From contig OZ244207.1 of the NCBI GenBank assembly GCA_965216875.1, forward strand, positions 1,824,001 to 1,888,000: a stretch of 64,000 nt of DNA, read 5' to 3'. Position 1 is the stretch's first letter, and each line of letters opens with the position of its first letter. The notes under the pieces were generated by a model, which saw nothing but the letters and a program-made list of their open reading frames with translations, did not search any database and was not told the DNA's origin. Below, one piece after another: positions 50,643 through 60,992 of this stretch. Source of the DNA: Rubripirellula sp. GTDB lineage: Bacteria; Planctomycetota; Planctomycetia; Pirellulales; Pirellulaceae. Position numbers and translations under genes: made by a program.

Positions 50643-52337
50643 ATGGCGGGTGATTTGCAGGGAATTGCCAGCGACGCTGAGCCGATCGACGCTGAGCTGA
50701 TCGAGTCGATACCGGGCCGGGAGCTCTTTGCGATGGCAGCCTGGACGGCCTTGGCGGACCTGCTGATCTTTCGCGGGTCGGGTTTCCTTGGCCCAGCTGT
50801 CTTTCTGGCGATGACCCCGATCTTGTTTTGGGTTGTGAGTGCCGGCTCCCAGAACACGCGGCTCATGGGAGGCTGGGTTCGGCGCATTGTTGTTGCACTC
50901 TGCGCGTTGGTTGCGTTGCGTCTGGGTTGGTCCGGCTCTCCCCTCGCCGTCTTCTCTGGAGTTGTCCTCGTTGTCGCGCTTTCGATGGCGTCGGCGGGCT
51001 ACGTGCCCTACGTGCTCGAAGGCATGGTCTTGGCGATGCGATCAGCGTTTGATGGCATCTACCGACTTGCAAAGATCCGGCTTACACGCTGGGCTGCACC
51101 TTCGGTACCTCAGAGCAACCCTACCGGCGGCCAGCCGTCGGACGCGGAATCGGTCGAGATGTCCGACGTTGACGCTTCCAGTCATCGTGACGTCGGGATC
51201 GAGACGGCGACCGCTGGCGGCTCGGGATTGGTGGCCTATGTGTTGCCAATGGTAGCCATGACCGTCTTCGGCGCCATTTTCGTTTTTGCCAACCCGAACC
51301 TTTTTGATTGGGTCTCGACACGCCTCGAGACGTTCGTGCTTGAAATTCAATCGTTTGTGCTTGGGATGTCGATTTGGGAAATACCGTTCTGCATCCTTGC
51401 CCTGGTTGTTGGCGCCGGATTGCTGCGCCCCATGCTACCGCTAGCACGCATCGGTCCTGAGGCGTCCGCGGTGCCATTGGCTTCGGTCCATCATGCGTCG
51501 CGTTTCTATGCCGCGTATCGCAACACGCTGGTCACGCTGATCGGATTGTTTGCCGCCTATCTTGCGTTCGAATTCGTGACGCTCTGGAAACGAGACTTCC
51601 CGGACGGATTCTACTACGCCGGCTACGCTCACCAAGGCGCGGCGTGGTTGACATACGCGTTGGCTCTGGCGACAGCGCTGCTGTCACTCATCTTTGGCGG
51701 TTCGATGTTGCGAGACCAACGCGAACCGGCGCTGCGAAAGTTGGCCTGGGTTTGGTCAGCGCAAAACCTTCTGCTTGCTGCAGCGGTTTACAACCGTTTG
51801 ATGATTTACGTCGGCTACAACGGCCTGACTCGTCTGCGTATGGTCGGTTTCTTCGGCATCACGCTGGTCGTGATCGGATTTGTGTTGGTGCTTTACAAGA
51901 TCAAAACGCGGCGCAGTTTTTGGTGGTTGATTCGGTCTCAGTTGGTCGCGTTTGTCTTGACCGTGATCGCTTACAGCATTGTGCCGATCGACTATGTCGT
52001 GAATCGCTACAACGTCGCGGTTGTTCAATCGGGCTACCTGCACCCCGTGGTGATGATCGCCGTCAAGCCGACTCAGGACGAGGGCGTCTATCCAGTGCTT
52101 GACTTGGTTGACCACAACGACCCGGTGATCCGCGACGGTATTCGGGCTTTGATCGCCGAGCGGCAGGTTCGCATCGAAGACAATGCGCCGAATCATTGGA
52201 CCGAGTATCAACTTTCCACCTGGTTGCTCGATCGCCGTTTGAAGCAAGAGGAACAAGCGTGGATCGAATTTTGGGACCCCGTCAAACGCAAGATCGCGCT
52301 CGACAAGTTCAAAGAACACGCGATGCAGTGGTATTGA
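50643..52337 (+). CDS. DUF4153/DUF4173-like multi-pass membrane protein
   Basis: Many TM helices; FVFANP, YAGYAHQGAAWL, RLMIYVGYNGLTRLR. Confidence 0.82.
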   Translation: MAGDLQGIASDAEPIDAELIESIPGRELFAMAAWTALADLLIFRGSGFLGPAVFLAMTPILFWVVSAGSQNTRLMGGWVRRIVVALCALVALRLGWSGSPLAVFSGVVLVVALSMASAGYVPYVLEGMVLAMRSAFDGIYRLAKIRLTRWAAPSVPQSNPTGGQPSDAESVEMSDVDASSHRDVGIETATAGGSGLVAYVLPMVAMTVFGAIFVFANPNLFDWVSTRLETFVLEIQSFVLGMSIWEIPFCILALVVGAGLLRPMLPLARIGPEASAVPLASVHHASRFYAAYRNTLVTLIGLFAAYLAFEFVTLWKRDFPDGFYYAGYAHQGAAWLTYALALATALLSLIFGGSMLRDQREPALRKLAWVWSAQNLLLAAAVYNRLMIYVGYNGLTRLRMVGFFGITLVVIGFVLVLYKIKTRRSFWWLIRSQLVAFVLTVIAYSIVPIDYVVNRYNVAVVQSGYLHPVVMIAVKPTQDEGVYPVLDLVDHNDPVIRDGIRALIAERQVRIEDNAPNHWTEYQLSTWLLDRRLKQEEQAWIEFWDPVKRKIALDKFKEHAMQWY

Positions 52338-52417
52338 GTGACATTCTTGCGTGCCAGCACACGCGACGATGCAGTAGCGTGTGTGCTTGTAAGCACCAAG
52401 ACCAAGCGACCAGCTTG

Positions 52418-53860
52418 TTACAGAATCGGGGCAAAGAGACGTGCGAAGCTCGAGCCGACGCGTTGAATGGTTGTGCGGCTCGCAAGTTGCTCTTCAGTGA
52501 TTTCGGTCGACTTCTCGAAATCGCGTTTCAGCATCTCCTTGACGTCGACACTGAAATCGGGGTCGATGGTCAGAACGGAGACTTCAAAGTTTAGGCGAAA
52601 CGAACGGTTGTCGAAGTTGGCAGTGCCGATCACTGAGACTTGATCGTCCAGCAGCATGACCTTTTGGTGCATGAACCCGTCACCGTATTCGAAGATCTTC
52701 ACGCCAGCACGCACGGCCTCTTCGACGTACGCCATTGCTGCCATCTTGATGAATGCCTTGTCGGCCAACCCTGGGATGATGACTCGAACGTCGACTCCAC
52801 GAAACGCGGCCAGCATGAGCGCGGTCATGATGCCTTCGTCGGGGACAAAGTAGGGCGTCGCGATCCAGATCCGTTCCGATGCGGAGTTGATCGCGTGGGT
52901 GAAGAAGAAACCGCAAGTTTCGTATTCGTCGGCAGGCCCGCTGGGTAGGACAAACACCGTTTGATCGCCTTCCTGGGCGGCGACCGGTTCCCAGTCAATG
53001 TCAGGCATCTGTTCGGTCGCCCAATGCCAATCTTCGACGAAGGCCAGTTGCGCGGCGATCACAGCGGGGCCCTCGATCGACATGTGCGTGTCGCGCCAGG
53101 GCGTCAAGCGACGGTCCAAGCCGAGGTATTCGTCGCCGACGTTGTGGCCGCCAATGAAGCCGACCTTGCCATCGACGATGACAATCTTTCGATGGTTGCG
53201 GAAATTGAGTTGGAATCGGTTCCAACGGCCACGGGTTGTGTTCATTCCGGTGACTGCGACGCCCGCCTCGGTCAGGTCGCGCACATACCGGCGGGTCATG
53301 TGAGCTGATCCGATGTTGTCGTAAAGGACAGAGACATCCACTCCAGCCTTGGATCGCCGGATCAGGCAATCTTTGAGTCGTTTGCCTAGTTCGTCGTCGT
53401 TGATGATAAAGAACTCGACGAGCACATAGTTCTCGGCTTTTTCGATTGCCTCGAAGATTGCCTCAAACGTTTCGTTTCCATCGACAAGCAAACCGACTCG
53501 GTTGCCGCTCAAGAACCTCATCCGGGCGAGCTTCTCGACGGCGCGAGCTTCGCCGAACTTGCTGCCGATGTCGTCCATGTAGGGTTGTACCTTCGGACGC
53601 AATTCTGCGAGCACCGAAAAGACGCCATCAATGCGTTGTCGCCGAGCAGTCACGTACCCGTGAAATCGATTGCGGCCCAAGATCCAATAGGCAGGGACAG
53701 CCAGGTACGGCAACGTGAGCAAACAAACGACCCAAGCAATCGCACCTTGTGACGTGCGAGCTGTCAGCACGGCTTGGATCGCGGACAAGATTCCCAGCCC
53801 GGTAAAGACCAGCATGAGGGCGCCGATCAAGCCAAGTTCTTGTGCCGAGAAATCAATCAT
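52418..53860 (-). CDS. cls: Cardiolipin synthase (ClsA type)
   Basis: PLDc_N TM pair; two HKD motifs (NHRKIVIVDG, MHQKVMLLD); NFDNRSFRLNFE. Confidence 0.96.
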   Translation of the reverse strand: MIDFSAQELGLIGALMLVFTGLGILSAIQAVLTARTSQGAIAWVVCLLTLPYLAVPAYWILGRNRFHGYVTARRQRIDGVFSVLAELRPKVQPYMDDIGSKFGEARAVEKLARMRFLSGNRVGLLVDGNETFEAIFEAIEKAENYVLVEFFIINDDELGKRLKDCLIRRSKAGVDVSVLYDNIGSAHMTRRYVRDLTEAGVAVTGMNTTRGRWNRFQLNFRNHRKIVIVDGKVGFIGGHNVGDEYLGLDRRLTPWRDTHMSIEGPAVIAAQLAFVEDWHWATEQMPDIDWEPVAAQEGDQTVFVLPSGPADEYETCGFFFTHAINSASERIWIATPYFVPDEGIMTALMLAAFRGVDVRVIIPGLADKAFIKMAAMAYVEEAVRAGVKIFEYGDGFMHQKVMLLDDQVSVIGTANFDNRSFRLNFEVSVLTIDPDFSVDVKEMLKRDFEKSTEITEEQLASRTTIQRVGSSFARLFAPIL

Positions 53861-53945
53861 GCCGAAAGTCTATCACTTTCAATGTCTCTGTCAGACGTCC
53901 GTCCTTGCCAAACGTTTGTTATTGGTAAACGTCTGAAGCGGACGA

Positions 53946-54857
53946 CTACGACGACCCGTAAAGTAAATCCAAAAAGGTGACACACAGGGTCATCGTGTTG
54001 AGGACCATGTGGACGGTCAATGGAACGAGAAAACGGCCGGTCTGGCGATAAAGGTATCCGATGGCGAGCGAGAAGAAGAACAGCGGGATGTAGGCGGCGC
54101 CCTGTCCGTAGTGAAGCATCGCGAAGATGAGACTCGTCACGATCAATGGCCAATCAGAACGCGGTACCCAACGCCCCTGTTCATCATCACGGTCGGCCAT
54201 CGATTGGAGTCCACCTTGCAGTAACAGTCGAAATCCGAACTCTTCCAAGAAGGGCCCGACAAAGGCGGTCGTGACAAGCATCGTCGCAAACAGCGAGAGG
54301 CTCGGTGAATCCTTGAGGTCATCCAAGACAGGGTGGTGGTAGGGCGCCACGTAGGACGCCGCCAGGTTGATCAAGAGGACTGGTGGAATGATCAAAATCG
54401 AAGCGAACAGCCCCATGCGAATGTCTTCGCTACGGAATCGAAGGCCGAGATCGCCAATCCAGTCTGGAGTCCTGCGTCGAAGCCAAGCAAGGGTCAGGAC
54501 CACCGCACCGAGTCCAGCAATCGACGCGGCAACTCGCATTCCCATCATCGACCAGATGCCGTCAATGACTTTTCGCGTGGAGGTGGAAGTCAGTTGAGAA
54601 TCAGCAAGCGTGTCTGTTTCGACAAACGTGATCCAACCTTGGGCCACAAAGTACTGCTGGGCAACCAGCATCAGCATCAGCTGTAGGCCAAGGAAGACAA
54701 GGAAGTCAGAGGCACGCCAAAAGGGGCGTCGTCTCGGCACCGGTTCGACAAGCGGGTTGTTCGGCGACTGACGATAGCGGGCCAACACCCACAACCATCC
54801 GGCAATGCAGGGTAAAAGCAACACCGCAAGCAGGAGTACCTCGATGGTTTGCGGCAT
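53946..54857 (-). CDS. CPBP/Abi family intramembrane glutamic protease
   Basis: PFLEEFGFR (EExxxR-like), FAMLH, HMVLN motifs. Confidence 0.9.
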   Translation of the reverse strand: MPQTIEVLLLAVLLLPCIAGWLWVLARYRQSPNNPLVEPVPRRRPFWRASDFLVFLGLQLMLMLVAQQYFVAQGWITFVETDTLADSQLTSTSTRKVIDGIWSMMGMRVAASIAGLGAVVLTLAWLRRRTPDWIGDLGLRFRSEDIRMGLFASILIIPPVLLINLAASYVAPYHHPVLDDLKDSPSLSLFATMLVTTAFVGPFLEEFGFRLLLQGGLQSMADRDDEQGRWVPRSDWPLIVTSLIFAMLHYGQGAAYIPLFFFSLAIGYLYRQTGRFLVPLTVHMVLNTMTLCVTFLDLLYGSS

Positions 54858-54921
54858 GCTTGTTCGTTCCTCGAGAAAATCGCAAGCCCTGGCCGCAACG
54901 CCCGGATCGGGTCAAACGGGA

Positions 54922-55521
54922 CTATTCAGCTTCTTGCGAATCAGGCTGATCGCGCATCAAACGGGCTGCGGCGACGGCATAGTCGTAACCGGAATAGATC
55001 GTCAGCACAATCGCCGACCAAAGCAGGACTTGGGTCGTGATCGCAAGCCAGGTCGCAACGGGATCGGTGATCAGGCTTAGCAGAACCGAAACGACAGCCG
55101 CACACTGCAAAACCATCTTCCATTTACCGAGCTGGCTCGCTGAAAAATCGCCGCCCGAGCCCTCAATCATTCCTCGCAGGCTCGTCACGAGTAACTCACG
55201 GCCGACGACGATGGTTGCCATCCAAGAAGCGACGCCACTTCCGGCAACTTCGACCAAAGCGATGAAAGTCCCACAAATGATGATCTTGTCGACGAATGGA
55301 TCAAAAATCCGTCCGAGCTTGGTGACTTGACCGTACTTTCGAGCCCAATAGCCATCCATCCAATCGGTCGACGCAGCGATCAGGAAAACGACCAGTGCGG
55401 ACAAGTAGTAGCCAAACGGGATCAGCGCCATGACCGCGATCGCTAGTGCAAAACGAATGCTCGTGAGGGCATTGGGAACGTTGTAGACAGAACCTGACGT
55501 GGTGCTCATTACGGTCGTCAT
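54922..55521 (-). CDS. pgsA: CDP-diacylglycerol--glycerol-3-phosphate 3-phosphatidyltransferase
   Basis: NVPNALTSIR, TDWMDGYWARKYGQVTKLGRIFDPFVDK, RELLVTSLR, GKWKM. Confidence 0.95.
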   Translation of the reverse strand: MTTVMSTTSGSVYNVPNALTSIRFALAIAVMALIPFGYYLSALVVFLIAASTDWMDGYWARKYGQVTKLGRIFDPFVDKIIICGTFIALVEVAGSGVASWMATIVVGRELLVTSLRGMIEGSGGDFSASQLGKWKMVLQCAAVVSVLLSLITDPVATWLAITTQVLLWSAIVLTIYSGYDYAVAAARLMRDQPDSQEAE

Positions 55522-55659
55522 GACAAAGTCGGGGGGCTACAGTGACGTCGAGTGTGCGTCGTCTCGCTGGTCACTTAGTGAAAGGTTAGTCGATTTCGAC
55601 ACCTTTGGAGAGCCCACGAGGCCGGTTCGACAGCGCGAAACTGCGTTCCGTCGCTAACT

Positions 55660-56487
55660 TTATTGGGCAAGTTCGCAGGCAACCATCGCCTTTTTGCGGA
55701 TGTGCCCCCATCGATATTGGCCAATCACGCCTGTTTCGCGAATCACCCGGTGGCAGGGAATCAGGTAGCCGATTCGGTTGCGCCCGACCGCGGTGCCAAC
55801 GGCACGCGTCGCTTTTTCGTTGCCGATCTGATTGGCAATCTCACCGTAGGTCGCAAGGCCGCCAAGGGGGATCTCCAAGAGCGCCTTCCAAACTCGCAAT
55901 TGAAACGTCGTTCCTTTGACGAAGCACCGCAGCGACTGTTTTCCAGATTGGGAGTGAGAGTGGTTGAAGATTTCAGTAACGCGCTGGGTCGCCATCGCAG
56001 GGTTCCACTGGATCGTCGCATTGGGCCAATCTGCGTGCACTTGATCAGTGGCCGCATCCTGATCCGTATCGTCGACGAACGCGAGAAAACAGATTCCTCG
56101 TGGTGATTCCGCCAACACACAGTTGCCAAAGGGTGTTTTGGCAACGCCAACGTCAATGTTCCAGCCGCGACCGCCCGCCTTGATCTCTCCGGGTGAGGCA
56201 GCGTCGAGCGACACGGTCAACTCATGGAGCCGGCCGGGACCAGAGAGACCGGAATCAAGGGAGGCCTGCAAAACAGATGCTCCCGCTCGCAGGCGATCCT
56301 TGGCTGCCTTGGCGGTTAAGCATTGGACGAACTTCTTAGGTGAGACGCCGGCCCAACTGTTGAACAGGCGTTGGAAATGATGGGGGCTCAAGTCGACCAA
56401 CGTAGCAAGCTCGTCGAGCGACGGTTGGTCTCGGTGGTTCTCGCTCAAGTAGGCGATCACCTTGGCAATGCGTTCGTAATCAGTCAT
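55660..56487 (-). CDS. AraC-HTH plus O6-methylguanine-DNA methyltransferase (Ada-like, no N-terminal Zn domain)
   Basis: LSPHHFQRLF-x-x-WAGVSPK, GTTFQLRVW, RAVGTAVG, IPCHRV; start moved to ATG 56487. Confidence 0.92.
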   Translation of the reverse strand: MTDYERIAKVIAYLSENHRDQPSLDELATLVDLSPHHFQRLFNSWAGVSPKKFVQCLTAKAAKDRLRAGASVLQASLDSGLSGPGRLHELTVSLDAASPGEIKAGGRGWNIDVGVAKTPFGNCVLAESPRGICFLAFVDDTDQDAATDQVHADWPNATIQWNPAMATQRVTEIFNHSHSQSGKQSLRCFVKGTTFQLRVWKALLEIPLGGLATYGEIANQIGNEKATRAVGTAVGRNRIGYLIPCHRVIRETGVIGQYRWGHIRKKAMVACELAQ

Positions 56488-56553
56488 GCCTGCAATCGTA
56501 GCGTCACCGACGAGGCGATCCACCCGATTCTTGCGATCGGATTCGAATGTCGA

Positions 56554-56622
56554 ATTGGAGCTCGCGTTAACCTGGGCAAGCACTTTGCCTCATGGCGTCG
56601 TAGCCCCAATCCGCAGTACTCG
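56554..56622 (+). repeat. Stand-alone copy of repeat module B
   Basis: TTGGAGCTCGCGTTAACCTGGGCAAGCACTTTGCCTCATGGCGTCGTAGCCCCAATCCGCAGTACTCG aligns without gaps to 31347-31414. Confidence 0.88.
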
Positions 56623-56630
56623 CCAAATCG

Positions 56631-57884
56631 CTATTCTGAGATTCGGTACAGCGCGTCGGCGGTACGCATGATGATCGCATTTCCGGCAACGGCGGGCGAA
56701 GCAAGCGTGCGTTCGCCCAGATCACAGGTCGCAATCTCGTCGTACTCATCTCCGATCGCAACCACCGTTGTCTTGCCCGCTTCGTTGGTCAGATAGATTC
56801 GATCGTTGACCAGAATGGGCGAGGCGGAGTAGTTGCCACCAAGACGTTGACGGTAAACGATGTCACCCGTTTCGGCGTCGACGTTGGTCATGATACCGTT
56901 GTCGCTTACCGAATAGATACGTCCCTCGTGCGCGATCATCGAGGGGGTCTTGGGGACAAATTTCTTGTGTTGCCAATCGATGTGCGTGTCGGTAACGACC
57001 CCTGTTCCCGTTGGATCGATCGCCAAGATGCTTGCGGTATTGAATCCTGTGGAAAGGTACAGGCGTCCCCGATGAAAAACAGGTTTGGGGACGACCGAGT
57101 ATCCATCGTACCGCACATCCCAAATCACTTTTCCATCGCTCGGTGCAAGTGCGAGAACACAATCGCTGCCGGGGGCGATGATTTGTTGGACGCCGTCAAC
57201 TTCAATCAGCGTTGGGGTGCAAAAGGAAAACGTGCGACTCGCATCGACCGGGCGTGGCGTTTCCCAAACGATCTTGCCCGAGTTCGCGTCGAGTGCGACC
57301 ACTTTCGGTTCTTTGTCGCCATCGCATGTGAAAACGAGTTTGCCGTCGATCAACAAGGGCGTGCCCCCGTTGCCATGTGTGGGCTTAAAGAAGAGGTCGC
57401 GGTTTTTCCACACCACCTCGCCACTGCGTTTGAGGCAGGCCGTTCCTTGATAACCAAAATGCACGTAGATGCGATCGCCGTCCAAGATGGGCGTTGGACT
57501 CGCATGACTGTTCTTCTGGTGAATATCGTGCCACCGCTCGCCGGTTTGACGCATGATGGATACCGATTCGAGGATCGAACCGGTCGTAGCGTCAATGATG
57601 ATCAACGACAAGTCGAACGAATCCTCTTCCTGTTCGACGGGGATCGCAGCCGAAACAAAGATCTTGCCGTCGCCGACGACTGGCGAGGACCAGCCTTGGC
57701 CGGGAAGTTCGCGTCGCCAATCAATGTTCTTGTCTTGCGACCACTCTGAAGGGACTTCGGACTCGAGCGCGATCCCGTCACCCGATGGGCCGCGAAAGGT
57801 TGGCCAAGCGTCGGATGCCATGGCAGCGTTTGTGAACAGGGTCACAAAGACGAAGCCCGCGAGAGTGGATCGGAATTCAAGCAT
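56631..57884 (-). CDS. PQQ-binding-like beta-propeller protein
   Basis: WPTFRGP, LPGQGWSSP, NSHASPTP, FSFCTP, NYSASP; start moved to ATG 57884. Confidence 0.9.
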   Translation of the reverse strand: MLEFRSTLAGFVFVTLFTNAAMASDAWPTFRGPSGDGIALESEVPSEWSQDKNIDWRRELPGQGWSSPVVGDGKIFVSAAIPVEQEEDSFDLSLIIIDATTGSILESVSIMRQTGERWHDIHQKNSHASPTPILDGDRIYVHFGYQGTACLKRSGEVVWKNRDLFFKPTHGNGGTPLLIDGKLVFTCDGDKEPKVVALDANSGKIVWETPRPVDASRTFSFCTPTLIEVDGVQQIIAPGSDCVLALAPSDGKVIWDVRYDGYSVVPKPVFHRGRLYLSTGFNTASILAIDPTGTGVVTDTHIDWQHKKFVPKTPSMIAHEGRIYSVSDNGIMTNVDAETGDIVYRQRLGGNYSASPILVNDRIYLTNEAGKTTVVAIGDEYDEIATCDLGERTLASPAVAGNAIIMRTADALYRISE

Positions 57885-58190
57885 CGATCGACCTTGAAGT
57901 TGGAGAGAGGATATTGAGTGAGGAAAGCCCGCTGGAGAGAATGCGTCAACGTTGCCTTGGACACAAACCCCCGATGGCAAGAAACAGACCGGTGCTAGTC
58001 TTGGGAGCGAACAAACCAGAACCAGATCAAGCCAATTCCGCCGAGCCAAATTACCAGCGTGACGACGGCGATCACCATCGAGATCATGGCGGGACTTTGC
58101 TAATCGCGTGAGGAAAGAAGAACGGAAATGCGGTCGTCCGTTGGTCCGGCAAGCATTCTCGGGGCGATCGAAGGTTGCTGGAACGGCGAC

Positions 58191-60713
58191 TCAGCGGTTG
58201 CCCAACGCTTGGTCGGATGCCAACAGCTCCAGCCAATCTTCGTCGTCATCTTCGTTCTGGTCAATCGGTGCGACAACGGGTCCGGCGACCGGATCGCCCC
58301 CAGCCTTGTCGGCGACGTGCTCCCCCTGAGCCTTGTTGGAATTTCGTGTCAGCTGGTTGATCACGAGTAGGGCATCGCGCGCTGTCAGCCGGTAGTCGCC
58401 ACTGACGTCCCAATAGGAACCATTGGGTTGCTCGAGGGATGGGTCGAGTATCGTATCGCCGTCCCGACGCCCTACTTCATTGATCACCCGTAGGGCATCG
58501 TTGGCTGTCACCGCACTGTTGTTGTTCACGTCGAAGGGATTCGAAGCGTTTTGAAATGCTGGAGATTCGTCGTCGATCAGTGCAACAGATCCGCTACCCG
58601 ACTCGTAACCCGGCGCAGTGATGGTGAAGGTTGCGTCGGCGGGCGCTTGAGAGAGTTTGTCATCCACCGGGACGAGGGTGTACAGCAAGACCCGGCTATT
58701 GGCTGGGATGGTCAACGTCGACGGCAGCTCGAGGCGACCGGGAATCCCGCCGCTAACGTTCACGGTGAGCGGATCGGGTGACGTATTGCTTCGGAGCAGA
58801 TGGAGTCGGGTCAACTGTGAATTCGTTTCATCAACGGTTGGATTGGTGAAGGAAACGACCAAGCTCTCGGCGTCCGTGACAGCAAGGTGGGTCGTGCCCG
58901 AGACGAGCCCCTCACCGGTCGCGGTCAGGCCAACATTGATCGTCCCGTCAAGTTCTTGGTCGTCGACAATGGACAACGGGACTTCTGCCGAGGATTCACC
59001 AGCTGCAATGACGATGGAGGATTGGACTTGCACCTCGGTTGGATCGTTTGAAGACAGCAAAACCGTACGCGTCGAGTCACTTGGCGCGCCAGAGAGTGTG
59101 ACCGTCAAAACGGCTCCGCCAAGTCCAGCATCTTCGCTTACCGAGGACTGCGATAACGAAAGCGATATCTCTGGCATGGGGTGAACCGTGACGCGAAAGC
59201 TTCGGCTTGCTTGTCCGCCGTCATCATCGGTGACGGATACTTGGACCGTGTAAGTTCCGGTCGACTCGTATTGATGGAGTCCGTTGAAGGATGCAGTCGT
59301 CTCGGCGCCTGTTTGAATGTTCCCATGTGCATCGATCGTCGCCGCCGCCGAGTCAATGGTCCCATCTCCCCAGTTGATCGAATATTCGAACGTCTCGGCA
59401 GTGGCTGGCGACGCAGCGCTGTTGCGCGTTCCAGGGTCGGTGATGATTCCGAGGTCTGTCAGCGAAAGGGTTTGTCCCACCGTGATCGCTTGGTTGCCAA
59501 CCACGGTCAAGGTTGGATTGACGTTGGTCACGTTCGCAGTGGTGACTTGGTGAACCGTTTCGCCACCGCGACTGCCGCGCAGAACCACTTCGACCGGATA
59601 AAGCCCATCGTCCGCGTAGCGATGTTGCGCGGTGACCGAGGTGTTCATGTTGACCACGTCCCAACCGATGTCGTCCATCGCTGCGAAGTCAAGCGTTGAA
59701 AAGAGCTCACGACCACCGGGGTTGATGAAAGGCGTCATCGCAGTCGGCTGCGCGGTATTTTGGGCCCAATGGTCGCCTGAGCTCTGCAGAGGAACGTTTC
59801 CATTGCCTTGATAGGCAGCCCGAGCCTTGGCACCGGTGAACGAGTTTCCGCTTACGAGACGATCCCAGGAAGATGTTACACCGGTTCGAGAGATACCGAA
59901 GCCAAGGACATGAGCGATCTCATGACTGGCGATGGTAACAAAGTCGGTTTGGTCAGCGGCGATATTCGAAGCGTCGAGTCCGAAGTACCAATTGGCGTTC
60001 GTGTCGAAACTTACCGAACCGCCCCAGGGGGCAACATCCGTTTGCGGGCTCGTGGTTGCTCCAGGCTCGCCACGACCCAAGGCGGTTTGGCGAAACGCTT
60101 CAATCTGTGCGAGTTCTTGCGGCGTTAGGTTGCTTGCAGCTGGAAAGAAAACACTTCCGGTGCCGCCAACGCCGTGTGTGCTTCCGGGCAGATCGCGCGC
60201 ACCTGCGAAGATCACGATCTCGTTTGCTGCGACACGCATGTTCTTGGTGACGTTGACCAACGATCCGGCAATCGAATTGCTCGGGCCACTGGACGGGTGA
60301 AAGACGGCTGGTTGCCACTCCGCTTTTCCCGCCGGCGTGATGGCGTCGAGATCATCGGTGAACCGCTTGATGATCGAGTCGGCTGCGAACTGAAGCAACG
60401 CGCGTCGAGACTGGTTGGCGCCGCCAAAGAAGTTATTGGTGTCGAGCGAGTAGTCGAATCGGATTCGAAGTGGCCCAGTCGCGTTGCCACCAACGACGGT
60501 ATCGGCTGGGGTGACATTGCCATCGTTCCAGCGGACCTGGGCCGAGACGTCACCAGAGAGACCGGCGGCGCTGAGGGTCGAATTGATCTGAAACAGATCG
60601 CCTTCAGCAACAAGCAACCTGCGCACCTCGAGCCTTTCGCAGGAGAGCGTTCTCGAGCGATGGGGGCAGCGCAAAGGCCGCGCACCAGTCTTTGGTTGCT
60701 TGAATCTGCGCAC
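58191..60713 (-). CDS. Planctomycete extracellular protein: Zn-protease domain, PKD and Calx-beta-like repeats, dockerin-like domain
   Basis: LSCERLEVRRLL leader; HEIAHVLGFG; INWGDGT; DVNNNSAVTANDALRVIN and DVSGDYRLTARDALLVIN. Confidence 0.88.
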   Translation of the reverse strand: MRRFKQPKTGARPLRCPHRSRTLSCERLEVRRLLVAEGDLFQINSTLSAAGLSGDVSAQVRWNDGNVTPADTVVGGNATGPLRIRFDYSLDTNNFFGGANQSRRALLQFAADSIIKRFTDDLDAITPAGKAEWQPAVFHPSSGPSNSIAGSLVNVTKNMRVAANEIVIFAGARDLPGSTHGVGGTGSVFFPAASNLTPQELAQIEAFRQTALGRGEPGATTSPQTDVAPWGGSVSFDTNANWYFGLDASNIAADQTDFVTIASHEIAHVLGFGISRTGVTSSWDRLVSGNSFTGAKARAAYQGNGNVPLQSSGDHWAQNTAQPTAMTPFINPGGRELFSTLDFAAMDDIGWDVVNMNTSVTAQHRYADDGLYPVEVVLRGSRGGETVHQVTTANVTNVNPTLTVVGNQAITVGQTLSLTDLGIITDPGTRNSAASPATAETFEYSINWGDGTIDSAAATIDAHGNIQTGAETTASFNGLHQYESTGTYTVQVSVTDDDGGQASRSFRVTVHPMPEISLSLSQSSVSEDAGLGGAVLTVTLSGAPSDSTRTVLLSSNDPTEVQVQSSIVIAAGESSAEVPLSIVDDQELDGTINVGLTATGEGLVSGTTHLAVTDAESLVVSFTNPTVDETNSQLTRLHLLRSNTSPDPLTVNVSGGIPGRLELPSTLTIPANSRVLLYTLVPVDDKLSQAPADATFTITAPGYESGSGSVALIDDESPAFQNASNPFDVNNNSAVTANDALRVINEVGRRDGDTILDPSLEQPNGSYWDVSGDYRLTARDALLVINQLTRNSNKAQGEHVADKAGGDPVAGPVVAPIDQNEDDDEDWLELLASDQALGNR

Positions 60714-60992
60714 GCGATACCGAGATTTGATAAGTCGATGCGGGTTGCGTTCTCGCTAGTAGCGAAGAAAAGTCATCGCCCGCAACGGAGATTAGGCCAC
60801 CGTAGGGTGGTTCCCTATCTTAGCATCGGCTTCGCAAGGAACGACCCTCAGGTTTTTGAAGGCCGTTTTTTGCTGAAAAGTGTCACAGTTCGCAATCAGG
60901 AAGCTGCTTTCGCGAGCGAACCCACAGACCAAATGGGCATTTGCGGGTTCAAGACGCTATTGGGCCAAAGTAACGGCCAAATCGCCAGCGGC

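Noticed and set aside
50459..50887. 143-aa N-terminal extension of the sulfatase fusion
   Set aside because: Overlaps the divergent membrane-protein gene; a proper signal peptide starts at ATG 50458
56488..56583. Longer start for the Ada-like gene
   Set aside because: Starts inside repeat module B; a -10 box sits just before ATG 56487
60729..60950. Riboswitch in the hairpin-rich groES/surface-protein intergenic region
   Set aside because: Several stems are visible but I recognise no riboswitch consensus; an Rfam search would be needed
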